Below, piece after piece: positions 26,111-38,500 of a stretch of 64,000 bases of DNA. Position 1 is the stretch's first letter, and each line of letters opens with the position of its first letter. Position numbers and translations under genes: made by a program. The notes beneath the pieces were generated by a model. It saw only the letters and a program-made list of their open reading frames with translations, had not been told where the DNA came from and did not search any database. The stretch is from Octopus sinensis. Lineage: Eukaryota. Where the stretch lies: the NCBI RefSeq assembly GCF_006345805.1, contig NC_043001.1:127534001-127598000 (forward strand). Direction: 5' to 3'.

Positions 26111-29100
26111 GATTTATCACATTTCTAGGCACAACAGAAACTGAAAATAAACGCCACTCCAGTGGATCGTAGTGGTCAAAGGAAATATAAACTTGCTCTT
26201 AATATGCACCTTTATTCAAAGTAGCAGGCTAAATTTACTGTATAACTCAGTGTCATCATCGCATTAAAACAACGGTTAAGCTTGTGTTTGCGTATTTAAT
26301 TCCGATAGTATAAAAAGGCTAACTCGAAATAATTATGCGGGGAGGAAACATAATTATCATTCATCAGGCTTTAATTATTTCGGTAAACACGGAAGATAAC
26401 TTTGTGAATATTTCAGCCTTGTTATGACCTCTTCAGCAAAGCAAAATAGATTTCATTTTAAATGCTGAAGTTGCGAGATGAAAATAAAATTGTTTAGGGA
26501 ATAAGTAACCTTTTCTACTCTAGGCACAAGGCTCGAAATTTTCTTGGTGGGGTGGGGGGGGGCAGTCGATAAGATCGACCCCAGTACGCAACTGGTACTT
26601 AATTTAGTGACCCCGAAAGATGAAAGGCAATTCAGAATGTAAAGATAGACGAAATACCTATTTCTTTACTACCCACAAGGGGCTAAACATAGAGGGGACA
26701 AACAAACGGATTAAGTCGATTACATCGACTCCAGTGCGTAACTGGTACTTAAATTTATCGACCCCGAAAGGATGAAAGGCAAAGTAGACCTCGGCGGAAT
26801 TTGAACTCAGAACGTAACAGCAGACGAAATACGGCTACGCATTTTGCCAGGCGTGCTAACGTTTCTGCCAGCTCGCCGCCTTGTTTAGCGAATAAATAAC
26901 GAAGCCGAAATAAATAAATTTTTATTAGTTATGTTTGTTTGTTTGTTTTTTTACTGAAAAGCAGCCATGCTTAAGCATGACAGCAGTTATGCTTAGGCAC
27001 TGCCTTCAAGGGTTTCAGACAATCATATTTTTCGATCGATTTTTCTTTGTCGAACTGCTGAGTTACGGACCATAAAAGAATGCAGCATAAATAATGCTTT
27101 GAAGTTTTGGCACAGGGCCAGCTGTTTTTGAGAGGAGGGGAAAGTCGATTACATTTACCCCAGTTCTTGACTGGTACTTATTTTCCCAGCCTCAAAATAA
27201 TGAGAGGCAAAATTGGCATCGGCTAAATTTGAACTGAGAAAGTAAAGACAGACAAAATGCTTAGCAACATTTTTGTCCGGTGTGCTAACGATTCTGACAG
27301 CACGCCGCCTTCAGACAGCATAAATAAAATAAAAAGTGATGTGTGTATATTATTTTATTTGGATCGAATTATAGCATACACACCTTTTCACACATGCCCG
27401 CGCGTACACTTGACTTTCAAAAAATAGCACCAAATTCCACTCAAAGAAAAAATTATTCTTTTTAGAAAAATATATAGAAGCATTAAATAATATGGTGACG
27501 TATATTTGCTATTTAAATATGGCTAACACCTAAGGGTGGATGCTACTGTAGTTAGTAGCCCCAGGAGGACACCTCCTCCAGCTGGCTATAGACACACTTT
27601 CTGTGCCTTATCAGTATTTTCAAAGGGAAGCCATCCTTCCCGTCTTCAACTTATGATACACACGGACTCGAGTTTCTGAATATAAATAATATGATTAGGG
27701 ATAAAAGTAAAAAAACCCTTCAGTCATGAATAATCATGGGATTGCACCTAAATAGTGACCCTCCGAGCCACAAGTCCGAGCAGGGCTTTTTGTGGAAGAC
27801 CAGTAGTCACCCATTCATACCAGCCTCCGCTCACCACGAAGGGAAAAGGCAAAGGCTGATACAGCTTGGCACCAGTTATGTCGCAACGTGAAATAAAGTG
27901 GTTTATTCAAGAGCACAACACACAGCTCGGCCCAGGAATTGAACTCACTACCTCATGATTGTGAACCTGGCGGCCTAACCACTAAGCCATGTGTCTTCCC
28001 TAACGTGATCCGAGATACATCGTCAGGAAATATGAAGGAATACTCATAGCTTTGACTGAACTGGACTAGAGACTAAGTAACACGTTATTTACATCGCATT
28101 TAAATATAATACTTATATTCATATTGGTTCCTTAAGTAGGTGCCAGGCCACAAATTTAGAGAGATGAATGTTATCGATTTATGTGGGGGTTTCTATGCAG
28201 CTGTCAATAATAGTATCCAAATCTTCGAGTCACATACTCTCAAGAATTAGGAAACAATAGTTGTTTCCCTTGTCTTGCGAGTTACCTTCCCTGCATCACT
28301 ATTTTCGTAACTATTGATAATAAAGAATTTAAGAATCTAGCATATATTTGACTTCATCAGAGAGATATCTTGTTGCTTGAATAACTAACATCCTTTCTCT
28401 TCATATCAGCATGCCTGCTACTATTTCTGTGAAAGAACAGTTTGAGGTGACACTATCCTATGAGAAAACATGGACAGAGTACAGTACACGATACAGTCAC
28501 ACAGCAATTATATAAACCTCCATCCTACTATAAACTAAAGCATGGCGTCTATTGTTGCTGTTTAGAACCAGGCTGGGACTGATTCAGCAGACTAATGATC
28601 AAAAGCATTCCAGTCGTGACCATCCTATTTTATATATCAAGGGTTTTATATGCTAATAGGCGTTTTCATATTCTAAATGCGATAGAAGGTAATTTAAGGA
28701 AACTTTGATTGCAAACCTATGATCAAAAGAATTCAAACTACAACTCCACCTACTTCGGGAAGTTTCAGGTTTTTTCTTTTTTTTTTTTCTTTATTCAAAT
28801 AATTATATACCCCGGGTGAAGTTTGATCGTGCAGGCGAATAGTCAAGGGCATTCCAACCGTGACAATCCCGTCTTTTTTAAGAGCATGTTGAACTACATT
28901 ATCAAATGAGCTCTTTCCTTATTTAAGAAGATAGGGTTTAATCATAAATCATAAATCCAAGTACGAAATCAGAGGAAAATACAGGGAGAGAAGAATAAAG
29001 AAACTTTGGAGCGTGAGTCTGAGTGAAAAGAAAAACTTATACCATTTTATTTATCTCACATTTTGGTGAACAGTAGTACTGCTGAGCCAATAACAGGATC

Positions 29101-29228
29101 ACTGAACATTCTATTTCTGGTCATGAGGATGATAAAGGATTGTCTGCGCAATTCGGACGGAACAAATATCATATGAAGTCTTTTTTTCCAAATAGTTATT
29201 TTTTTTTTCAGTTCTCTCGCTGATATAT

Positions 29229-29580
29229 ATTTCTTTACTACCCACAAGGAGCTTTGCGGTATTTCGTCCGCCACAGCGTTCTGAGTTCAAATTCCGCCGA
29301 GGCCGACTTTGCCTTTCATCCTTTCAGGGTCGATAAATTAAGTACCAGTTACGCACTGGGGTCAATGTAATCGACTTAATACCTATGTCTGTCCTTGTTT
29401 GTCCCCTCTGTGTTTAGCCCCTTGTGGGTAATAAAGAAATAGGTACTTAATTTATAGACCCCGAAAGGGTGAAAGGCAAAGTCGACCTCGGCGGAATTTG
29501 AACTCAGAACGCAGCGGCGGACGAAATACCGCAAAGCATTTCGCCCGGCGTGCTAACGATTCTGCCAGCTCGCCGCCTTT
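29229..29580 (-). mobile_element. SINE B dimer with inverted internal segment
   Basis: Inverted arms 29251-29346 and 29442-29537. Confidence 0.85.
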
Positions 29581-29602
29581 CTCTCACTGATAATATATCG
29601 CT

Positions 29603-29642
<40 letters not shown>

Positions 29643-30419
29643 ATGATATACAATTTTGATAGAACAAATATGCAGGGGATTTTTTTTTATATTCGTAAAC
29701 TCTTTCTTTTAAGGGAATTCTTTTTTTTAATTCATAAACTCTTTCTTTTAGGGAGATTTTTTTCAGTTCTCTTGCTAACATATCTTTTACTTGTTCCAGT
29801 TATTGGACTGCGGCCATGTGGAGGCACCACAAATACTGCAAGGTATTGTCCGATGCCTTAATGTTTTCACCAATCCTTTCTCATTTTTGGCTTTTTAAAA
29901 CTCCTATAGAGAATTTTTGTCTACTAATACCATAAATAATCTCAGTTCATCAAAGTGCATACCAGTAATATATATATACTCTTTTACTTGTTTCAGTCAT
30001 TTGACTGCGGCCATGCTGGAGTACCGCTTTTAGTCGAGCAAATCGACCCCGGGACTTATTCTTTGTAAGCCCAGTACTTATTCTATCGGTCTCTTTTGCC
30101 GAACCGCTAAGTGATGAGGACGTAAACACACCAGCATCGGTTGTCAAGCAATGCTAGGGGGACAAAACACAGCACACAAACACACACATACATATATATA
30201 ATATATATACATATATATATATATACATATAATATATATATATATATATTATATACATATATAGACAGGCTTCTTTCAGTTTCCGTCTACCAAATCCACT
30301 CACAAGGCATTGGTTGGCCTGGGGCTATAGCAGAAGACAATTGCCCAAGATGCCACGCAGTGGGACTGAACCCGGAACCATGTGGTTGGTTAGCAAGCTA
30401 CTTACCACACTATATATAT

Positions 30420-30700
30420 CGTGAGGTTGTGAGCTCGAATCCCGGACCGGGCTGCGTCTTGTTTCTTGAGCAAGGCACTTTATTTCACGTTGCTCCAGTT
30501 CACTCAGCTGTAGAATGAGTTGCGACGTCACTGTGCCAGCTGTATCGACCTTTGTCTTTCCTTGATACACTGGTGGCGGGAAGGGGGAGCTGGTATGCAA
30601 TGGGCGACTGCTGGTCTTCCATAAACAACCTTGCCCCGGACTGTGTCTAGAGGTACTTTCTAGGTGCATCCATGGTCATTCATGACCGAAGGGGGTCTTT
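30420..30700 (+). mobile_element. SINE family E, CORE-like (related copy 27715-27985 -)
   Basis: B box GCTCGAATCC then CTTGAGCAAGGCACTTTA...CACTCAGCTGTAGAATGAG. Confidence 0.6.
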
Positions 30701-31104
30701 ATATATCATAGTGGCATGAAAGTATTACCATAATGCTGGAAAATGTAACATTAAAGTAACAGTAGAAATTCTGATGCTGCAGCTATTGCAACTTGTATTA
30801 TTGTTGTTTAATTCTCTTCAACCAAAGTTACAAAAATAGTGAACACACAAGTCCCTATAATGTACTGACTAAAAGAAGAGCGCTAACATAGTTGTCGCTG
30901 AGTGGAATATGCTTCGCTGAAAATGTTAAATAAGACCGAAGCACGTCCATTTTGTTTTTTTTTTTTTGGGGGGGGGGTTACCAGTTCCTTTTAAAGACAC
31001 AACCCACGCACGTCAGTTGATATTGTCATTTTTACTGAAAAAAATTTCATTAGGCAAATCGTGGAGTTATCTCCCTTGTTTCTTGCCTTTTTTAGATTGT
31101 ATAC

Positions 31105-32068
31105 TTATTTATAATATAATGAAATTATTGTATACAGTGCTCAGGTGCACCACAAATTGTCAGAAAGTGCATATAAAGTACATGCAGTAATGTAGAAATG
31201 TCTGGAAAGCGTACAATGTATGAGTCAGTCTATGATTGTGTGTATGGAGGGGAGAAAATCAAGTGTAGTGTTGGCGAATCTCGGGAAGCATGGAAGTTTT
31301 GAAGGATGCAGTGTCCGACAACTAACATCTGATGCCGGCAGTTTGTTTCCATGCTTCAGCACTCTCAGCGTGAAAAAATGTTTCCTTAAAGTCATGGAGC
31401 TGTGCTATTTCTTACTTTGTAAATATGTCCACGGGTGTTAGATGGGTGGAGTTTGAAAAGGTGCTCAGAGTTATTGTTTGTACGATGGTTGATAATTTTA
31501 TGAGTGTCTGCCAAGTCAGCTGCCGACATCAGAGTTTCAATGTGTCCATGCCCAGGGAAGTAAGGCGTTCAGGATATGGCAAATCCTGAGGGTATTCTTT
31601 TGGTTGCCGTCGCTGAACAGCTTCCAACGATTGATATCCTGGCAAGATAGGGTTCCAGACCGGTGATGCAAATTCCAGGTGAGGTCTACCATAGCTATAT
31701 AAAGCCACAGATAGATAGCTGTAGAGTGGCTCACAAAGATTTGGTGATTGATGCCAGACACCCTCTGCTTCTTGACAATTTTAGCGATGTGTTTTGTCCA
31801 GCAAATCACTGTCGACAATAACACCCAGGTCACGTTCACATAAGACTTTGGAGACTAGTGTGTGGAGGGAGTAAGTGGACGCTGGGTTTTCTCTTCCAAA
31901 ATGCATGTGGTACATTTGTCCACAGCCAGCTGAGTTGCCAGTCCATGATCCCTGCTGCATTGTGTCCAGGTCTGCTTGCAATAGAGATTTATAGTGTACA
32001 GGATTTGACCTCTTTATTTCGAGGTACGCTTGATGTCATCTGCATATTTCAGCACTGTGGCATTCTTT
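31105..32068 (-). mobile_element. CR1-like LINE 3' fragment
   Basis: KYADDIK and ERDLGVIVDSDL in RT order, followed by 3' UTR. Confidence 0.8.
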
Positions 32069-32524
32069 AAGTTGGCATCTATTCTTTAATTGGCATCTAT
32101 TTACTACCCACAAAGGGCTAAACACAGGGGGGACAAACAGGACAGACAAAGGGATTAAGTCGATCACATTGACCCCAGTGCGTAACTGGTACTTAATATA
32201 TCGATCCGAAGGATGAAAGGCAAAGTCCCTCGGCGGAATTTGAACCAGAACGTACCGCAGATGAAAACCGCTTAGCATTTCGCCCGGCGTGCTAACGTTT
32301 CTGCCAGCTCTACCAAGATAATCTCATTTAATCAAAGTTTCTCAACTCACTATATCTCATTTGTTAGACACTGCCACATACCTATTTAGCATATAGTAAA
32401 TTCCTTTGATATGTTTCATCTCATTTATATTCTTAATATTCATAATTGGCTTTGCCACATTCCTTACCAACTAAAAGAATATGCTACCAAGGAAGCATAA
32501 TATAAACCACAACATATCTCATCT

Positions 32525-32779
32525 GTACATTATTTACATTCGATGGATATTTGTCCTCATTTTGTTTGTTGTTAACACAACGTTTCGGCTGATATACCCT
32601 CGAGCCTTCTTCAGGTGTCTTGTGGAAATTTCGAACCTGGGTTCTCATTCCTAAGGTATTTTCCGCTGTTATTATTATTGCTCAGGTCACTGCTTGGAAT
32701 CGAACTCGGAATTTTGGGGTTAGTAGCCCTTGCTCCTAACCACTACGCCATATGCCTGTGGGGCATATGGCGTAGTGGT
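32525..32779 (-). mobile_element. Family F: tRNA-headed element with hammerhead-bearing Penelope-like tail
   Basis: A box TGGCGTAGTGG, B box GTTCGATTCC, (AAT)n linker, hammerhead core; related headless copy at 20230-20430. Confidence 0.75.
32574..32619 (-). ncRNA. Minimal type I hammerhead ribozyme motif
   Basis: GACAC-CUGAAGA-A-GGCU(loop)AGCC-GAAAC-GUU-GUGUU; helix I GACAC/GUGUU; palindromic ACGU helix III as in Penelope-type hammerheads. Confidence 0.7.
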
Positions 32780-33203
32780 GACACCTTTTCACCATCTTCC
32801 ATACTTTTTGAGTTGGGATAGGCATATATCTCCTTTACTGCAAAACACCACTCCTTGTCCATCTCATCACCAGGCATAAAGCCACCTCCCTCAATACTAC
32901 ACCCAACTCAACTGAGGGGTCTTTGGCAATCTCACTAGCACCAGTGCAAATTCCATCCTTTTTGGTAAGAGGATTTATAGGTTATTCTTAATTGAAGAAC
33001 CGGACACGTATACCCATCATCACTACTCCATATTTAAAGGCTGAGAGACATTTAACTGACACTCACTGTAAATAGGTATCATGGGTGATACATCCCAGCA
33101 ATGGGCAATACTTGTAGTATTTACACTTGTAGTATTCTATTCATATGGCTTGGGGAGAAGGCTGGTGTTTTTATTGGACTCTCGTGTGTGTGAGAGAGGG
33201 GGG

Positions 33204-33204
<1 letters not shown>

Positions 33205-33278
<74 letters not shown>

Positions 33279-33357
33279 AAAGAAGGAAGAAGGAAGGAAG
33301 AAGGAAGAAGGAAGGAAGGAAGGAAGGAAGGAAGGAAGGAAGGAAGGAAGGAAGGAA
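33205..33357. repeat. (AAAG)n-(AAGG)n microsatellite
   Basis: Direct inspection. Confidence 0.95.
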
Positions 33358-34024
33358 GTGTAATAAATTTCATGTCCAAACCACAGCTTCATGCAGGAAA
33401 CCAAGTAATATTGATCCCCATTAGATTTGAAACAGGCATAGGAATGATATTACCAAATCTTTTCAATCTCCATCATTCCTGAAACCAACATCTAATCTCA
33501 AGTGTCTGAATGGGTAGGATAAATGGTAGTCTACGAGATATCACAGTTCAATAATAGCAGTTACCACATAGTGAGATAACTATTAAATCCTACAAGTAAT
33601 TATTTTTTTTTTTTTTAATTGGGTGTTGGTGCAGACTATAGAACCTATGCAGCAGCGCCTAGCCTTGCCAGTTCTTGTCAAGCTGTCCAACCCAACAAGG
33701 AAAACAGGTATTAGATGTTGATGATCATGATTCACTCCGACCCCATTACATCTAAGGATGTGGGAGCATTCCACATCTACAAAGCATTAAGTAATGTGGA
33801 GCTAAGTCAACCTGTTATTAAATAATACAAAAGAATTATAAATTTCATATAAAAGCTGTACGAGCTTTGACAAATTTGTAAAGTCCTTGAGTAATATCAA
33901 ACCTTTTACTCTAAGAATCATCTACACAATACATAAGGGACCCACACAAGTACAGTGAAGAACCCTGTTCAAGAGATCAAGATAAAGTGTTCAGAGGTAG
34001 ACTTGCTTTTTTTGTAGATTTTTT

Positions 34025-34135
34025 TTTATTAAATGAATTCTTTTGTTTTAATTCAATTATATTTTATTTTCATTATTTACAGAAATCCTCGTATATCCAC
34101 ATTTTTAAAAATGTTTTTTTAATTTATTTTTTATT
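34025..34135 (-). promoter_or_regulatory. Candidate polyadenylation signals of the KIAA2013-like mRNA
   Basis: AATAAA on minus strand at 34030-34025, 34128-34123 and 34135-34130, about 1.3 kb past the stop; no transcript evidence. Confidence 0.3.
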
Positions 34136-34464
34136 TGTTTTAACTCATCCATAAAATCTTTTGTTTTTAAATTAAAAATAATAAAAAAAAAAAAAATAAA
34201 CCACAAACAAACAAAAAGCAGAAAGAAATAAAAGATTTCTGGCAACTAATAACTGAATATATTGTTGTTTTAGGTTTTGTTTTTCATTGAAAAAAAAAAT
34301 CTTGTAAAACAAAAATGTGTGTGCATGTAAGTGCACACACACTTGTGTGTGTGTGTGTATGTTGGAATATAAAAAAAAAAAAAACAATCTTACAAAGTAA
34401 CGAAAACAAATGAACATTTAACCATTGCAAAAATTGTTAAATAAACAAGTTAAGTTAGATAATC

Positions 34465-34494
34465 AGAGAGGAGGAAGATGAAAAAGATAGCGAG

Positions 34495-34525
<31 letters not shown>

Positions 34526-34850
34526 CAGTAGTAGTACTAGTAGGGGTGAAGGAGGGGGAGGAAGAAGATGAGAAAGAGGAAGAGGAAGAGGAGGATGGGG
34601 AAGAGGAGGAAGAAGAGGAGGGGAAGAAGAGGAGGAGGAAGAAGAGGAAGAGGAGGAAGGAGGAAGAAGAGGAGGGAGTAGAGGGGGAAGAGGAGGAGGA
34701 AGAAGATGAGAAAGAGAAGGAAGAAGAGGAGGAAGAAGAGGAAGAGGAGGAGATGCACGAAGGAAGGTCAGGTTGCTGAATAAATGAGGAAAAAGAGAGA
34801 TAGAGAGAAGACAAAAAAATGAGAAGAGAGCAAGAGAAAACGTAAGGAGA

Positions 34851-34937
<87 letters not shown>

Positions 34938-35375
34938 AGAGAGATAAATATGTAAGAGAGAGACAAAACTAAGAAGATGGTCGAGTGAACAAAATATATT
35001 TATAGCATGTAGGAAAAGAATGAAAAAATATCAGAGAGAAAGAGAGAGAGGCATTAAGAGAATACAGAATTAAAGGTGAAAGACAGAACTTGAAAGAAGA
35101 TGGATGAAACAAAATACTGTTCTAAAAAAAACAGAATTTGTTAAAAAGAAAAAATTAATAAAAATAAATGTTACAAAAAATGTCCAAAAAAAAGTCAACA
35201 GCCTCCAAACATCGATGACGACGACAGTGACAGTAGTTGTGATGGTGGTGGTGGTGGTGATGATGATGGTAATGACAGTGGTGATGTGATGACAGTAGTA
35301 GTAGTGGTTCTTCTTGTTGTTGTTGTTGTCACTGCTGGTGGTAGTGGAGGTGGTGGTAGCGTGGTGATGATGCAT
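34465..35375. repeat. Low-complexity (GTA)n/(GAG,GAA)n/(GA)n/(GTG,GAT)n block in the presumed KIAA2013 3' UTR
   Basis: Direct inspection; lies just past the stop codon on the minus strand. Confidence 0.9.
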
Positions 35376-35395
35376 TAGAGCTAGCCAGGTCTTCC

Positions 35396-35583
35396 TTACA
35401 AATTGTACTTGGAGCGTGAGAAGATCTCTTGTCCCTGGCAGTACTCATTGTAGATCAACTTGAAAAGGAAGAGATGGAACACAGTCACAAGGAATGCAAT
35501 TGAGACCCAAAATAGAGTAGGCAGCCCACCAAACTTGTGACCATGTTTGTGTAATGCTATGACATGATGTTCATGTGCTGGGG
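35396..35583 (-). CDS. KIAA2013: KIAA2013-like last coding exon with C-terminal TM helix and TAA stop
   Basis: tctttttcag|CCCCAG; [61 protein letters not shown]. Confidence 0.95.
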
Positions 35584-38500
35584 CTGAAAAAGACGTGAAA
35601 AAATATTTAATAAATTTTTTTTTAAAATTAAAATACATGGTCAACACCTAACTCTTTTACTCTTTTACTTGTTTCAGTCATTTGACTGCGGCCATGCTAG
35701 AGCACCGCCTTTAATCGAGCAACTCGAGCCCGGGACTTATTCTTTTGTAAGCCCAGTACTTATTCTATCGGTCTCTTTTGCCGAACTGCTAAGTGACGGG
35801 GCCATAAACACACCAGCATCGGTTGTCAAGCAATGCTAGGGAGACAAACACACTCACACAAACACACACACGCATATATATATATACATATCTACGACGG
35901 GCTTCTTTCAGTTTCCGTCTACCAAATCCACTCACAAGACTTTGGTCGGCCCGAGGCTATAGTAGAAGACACTTGCCCAAGGTGCCACGCAGTGGGACTG
36001 AACCCGGAACCATGTGGTTGGTAAACAAGCTACTTACCACACAGCCACTCCTGTGCCTATCTAAGTGATTTTTTTTTTTTTTGATAGTCTTAAAATACCA
36101 AAAGAGTAATTAGAAAAATAATAAATTCCATCCATCCACTATTTCTTGGAAAGAGTCCTGTCAGAAGCAACAATCATTAGACTTTCTGGCTAGACTTCTA
36201 AGCATGACCAATGGAGACTATGAATATTATCCAACCATCTCATTCTTGATCTATCCCAAGGTTTCCTGCCAATTGGATCAGTTTGAAGAACCTGTTTTGC
36301 AATTCTGACCTGCCACATTCTAATCACATGTATGTAGTACTAGACATCTAACTTCTCAATGTGGAGTCTCTCCTAGCTCAACTGGAAGAGACCCCAGGAG
36401 GAATTCAGTTTGACAATTTATCAAAAAAATTTTCAATATCACACTTTAAAATAACATGCATGCAACAAAACCATTTGGCTTCAGTCATCCTTAGAAATAA
36501 ACTACTTTTTCATTTGAATAGTACTTTAAACTCCCGAAGAGAGGTCAACTTGGAGAGTGAAAAGTCAAGCGAAGACAACAGAAAAAAAACTGTCCAGCTG
36601 AAATATTCAAACAGTATAAAGGACACACATTATTATGGTAAAAAAAATTCCTTCTTGATTTACCAGAGCATGTAAAGTTTCTTTTTTGTATTTCAACTGG
36701 TCAACATCACCATTATTTTATATCCATTTTCTATGCTAGCATAGGCTAAACAGACACTCAAAGTCAATTCTTATTCACAATTACTACTTACTACCCTTCC
36801 AGACAGGTTAAAATACCCTGTTTCATTCATATTTCCTGTTATAGGAATGGCTTTTACAGCTGAACACTCATCTTAACAACAACCACTTAACAGAGAGTAG
36901 CAGGTAAATTTTATCGTGGCACCAACACTAGAGAGGTTGTCCTGTCCTCAACCAGACTAAAAGCTCCTTTCAACCAAGCATTATTTCGACTTGACTGTCA
37001 ACTATCTTAAAAAGTATACTGGTTACATTTTATCAAGGAACTTGTATAAGGCAAATCTGATGAGCTTTGTTGGATCTCCACACTGATGACACTGATGTCT
37101 AGTCTGAACATCATCATCATCATTTAGCATCTGCTTTCCATGCTGGCATGGGTTAGACAGTTTGAAAGAAAATGGTAGGCTGTAGGGCTGCACCAAGTTG
37201 CAATCTGATTTGGCATGGTTTCCACAGCTAGATGCCCTTCCTAATGCCAACCACTCCAAGAGTGTAATGGGTGCTTTTTATGTGCCACTGGCATGAGTGC
37301 CAGTTATGTGACAGCAGCCACAACTATGATTTCACTTGGCTTCTGGGGGCAAATAGAGATGAGGAAGTTAACTCTACTAAAGGCACTGAAAATTGGGATA
37401 AATCATGTAGTAGGTGGTGAAATTCATATAATGTACTGGATTTGGCTCATTCTCACAGATTATCTGCCTGATTAAGATGACTCACATCTTTCATTTGCAA
37501 CAGAAGGAGATCATTGATAGCCTTGAGTAAGAGAGACAGCAAATAAAATAGTAATCATCATCATCATCGTTTAACGTCCGCTTTCCATGCTGGCATGGGT
37601 TGGACGGTTCAACTGGGGTCTGGGAAGCCCGAAGGCTGCACCAGGCCAGTCAGATCTGGCAGTGTTTCTACAGCTGGATGCCCTTCCTAACGCCAACCAC
37701 TTCGTGAGTGTAGTGGGTGCTTTTTACGTGCCACCGACACAGGTGCCAGACGAGCAGTAGTAGTAATAATAATAATAATAATAAAGGTGGCATAAATGAT
37801 GACACCGACAAGAGTAAAATGACAACTCACCTTCTGCAATTTCTCTCACATGGATTGCATGCTTCAGTTCCTCCATGTGCAGTTTATCAGCAGTGATGTA
37901 CAAAATGGAGGTGATAGGATTAGTTAACTTCACAGGAAACTGTGCCCACTTTTTACTGAAAAAAAGAGAAAATGCAATAAACATTGCAGTTGTGGTCAAA
38001 TTTATATTTGTCTGGTGAAATGAAATAGTTAAGTGGAACCAATAATGAACAACTAAATCAGAGAGACTGAAGTTCTAATGTACCGCAGGTATTTCATTGT
38101 ATAGTTGAGCAGCAGAGTTGTAATGCACTTCAATTCATCTAGCCGTTAGAAGCTGGTGTGTGATAAAATATTTACTGATATAGATTGATGTAGATATATA
38201 TACCTTCCTTCTTGGGACATATAACTCTACTTGTGAAGACCTGTTGAGGCAAGTGAAAATCAAAATCGATCAACATCAATGGAATTTGTAGTTGTGATAC
38301 CAGTGCCGGTGGCACTTAAGAGAACTATCCGAACGTGGCCATAGCCAGTGCCGAGTGCCAGTGGCACGTAAGAGTACCATCCGAACGTGGCCGTAGCCAG
38401 CGCCGTATCAACTGGCCTCCGTGCCGGTGGCACGTAACAAACACCATCCGATCGTGGCCGTTGCCAGCTCACCTGGCCTCTGTGCCGGTGGCACATAAAA

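Noticed and set aside
32697-32756. Functional tRNA-Ser(ACT)
   Set aside because: No long variable arm or proper acceptor stem; it is the head of family F
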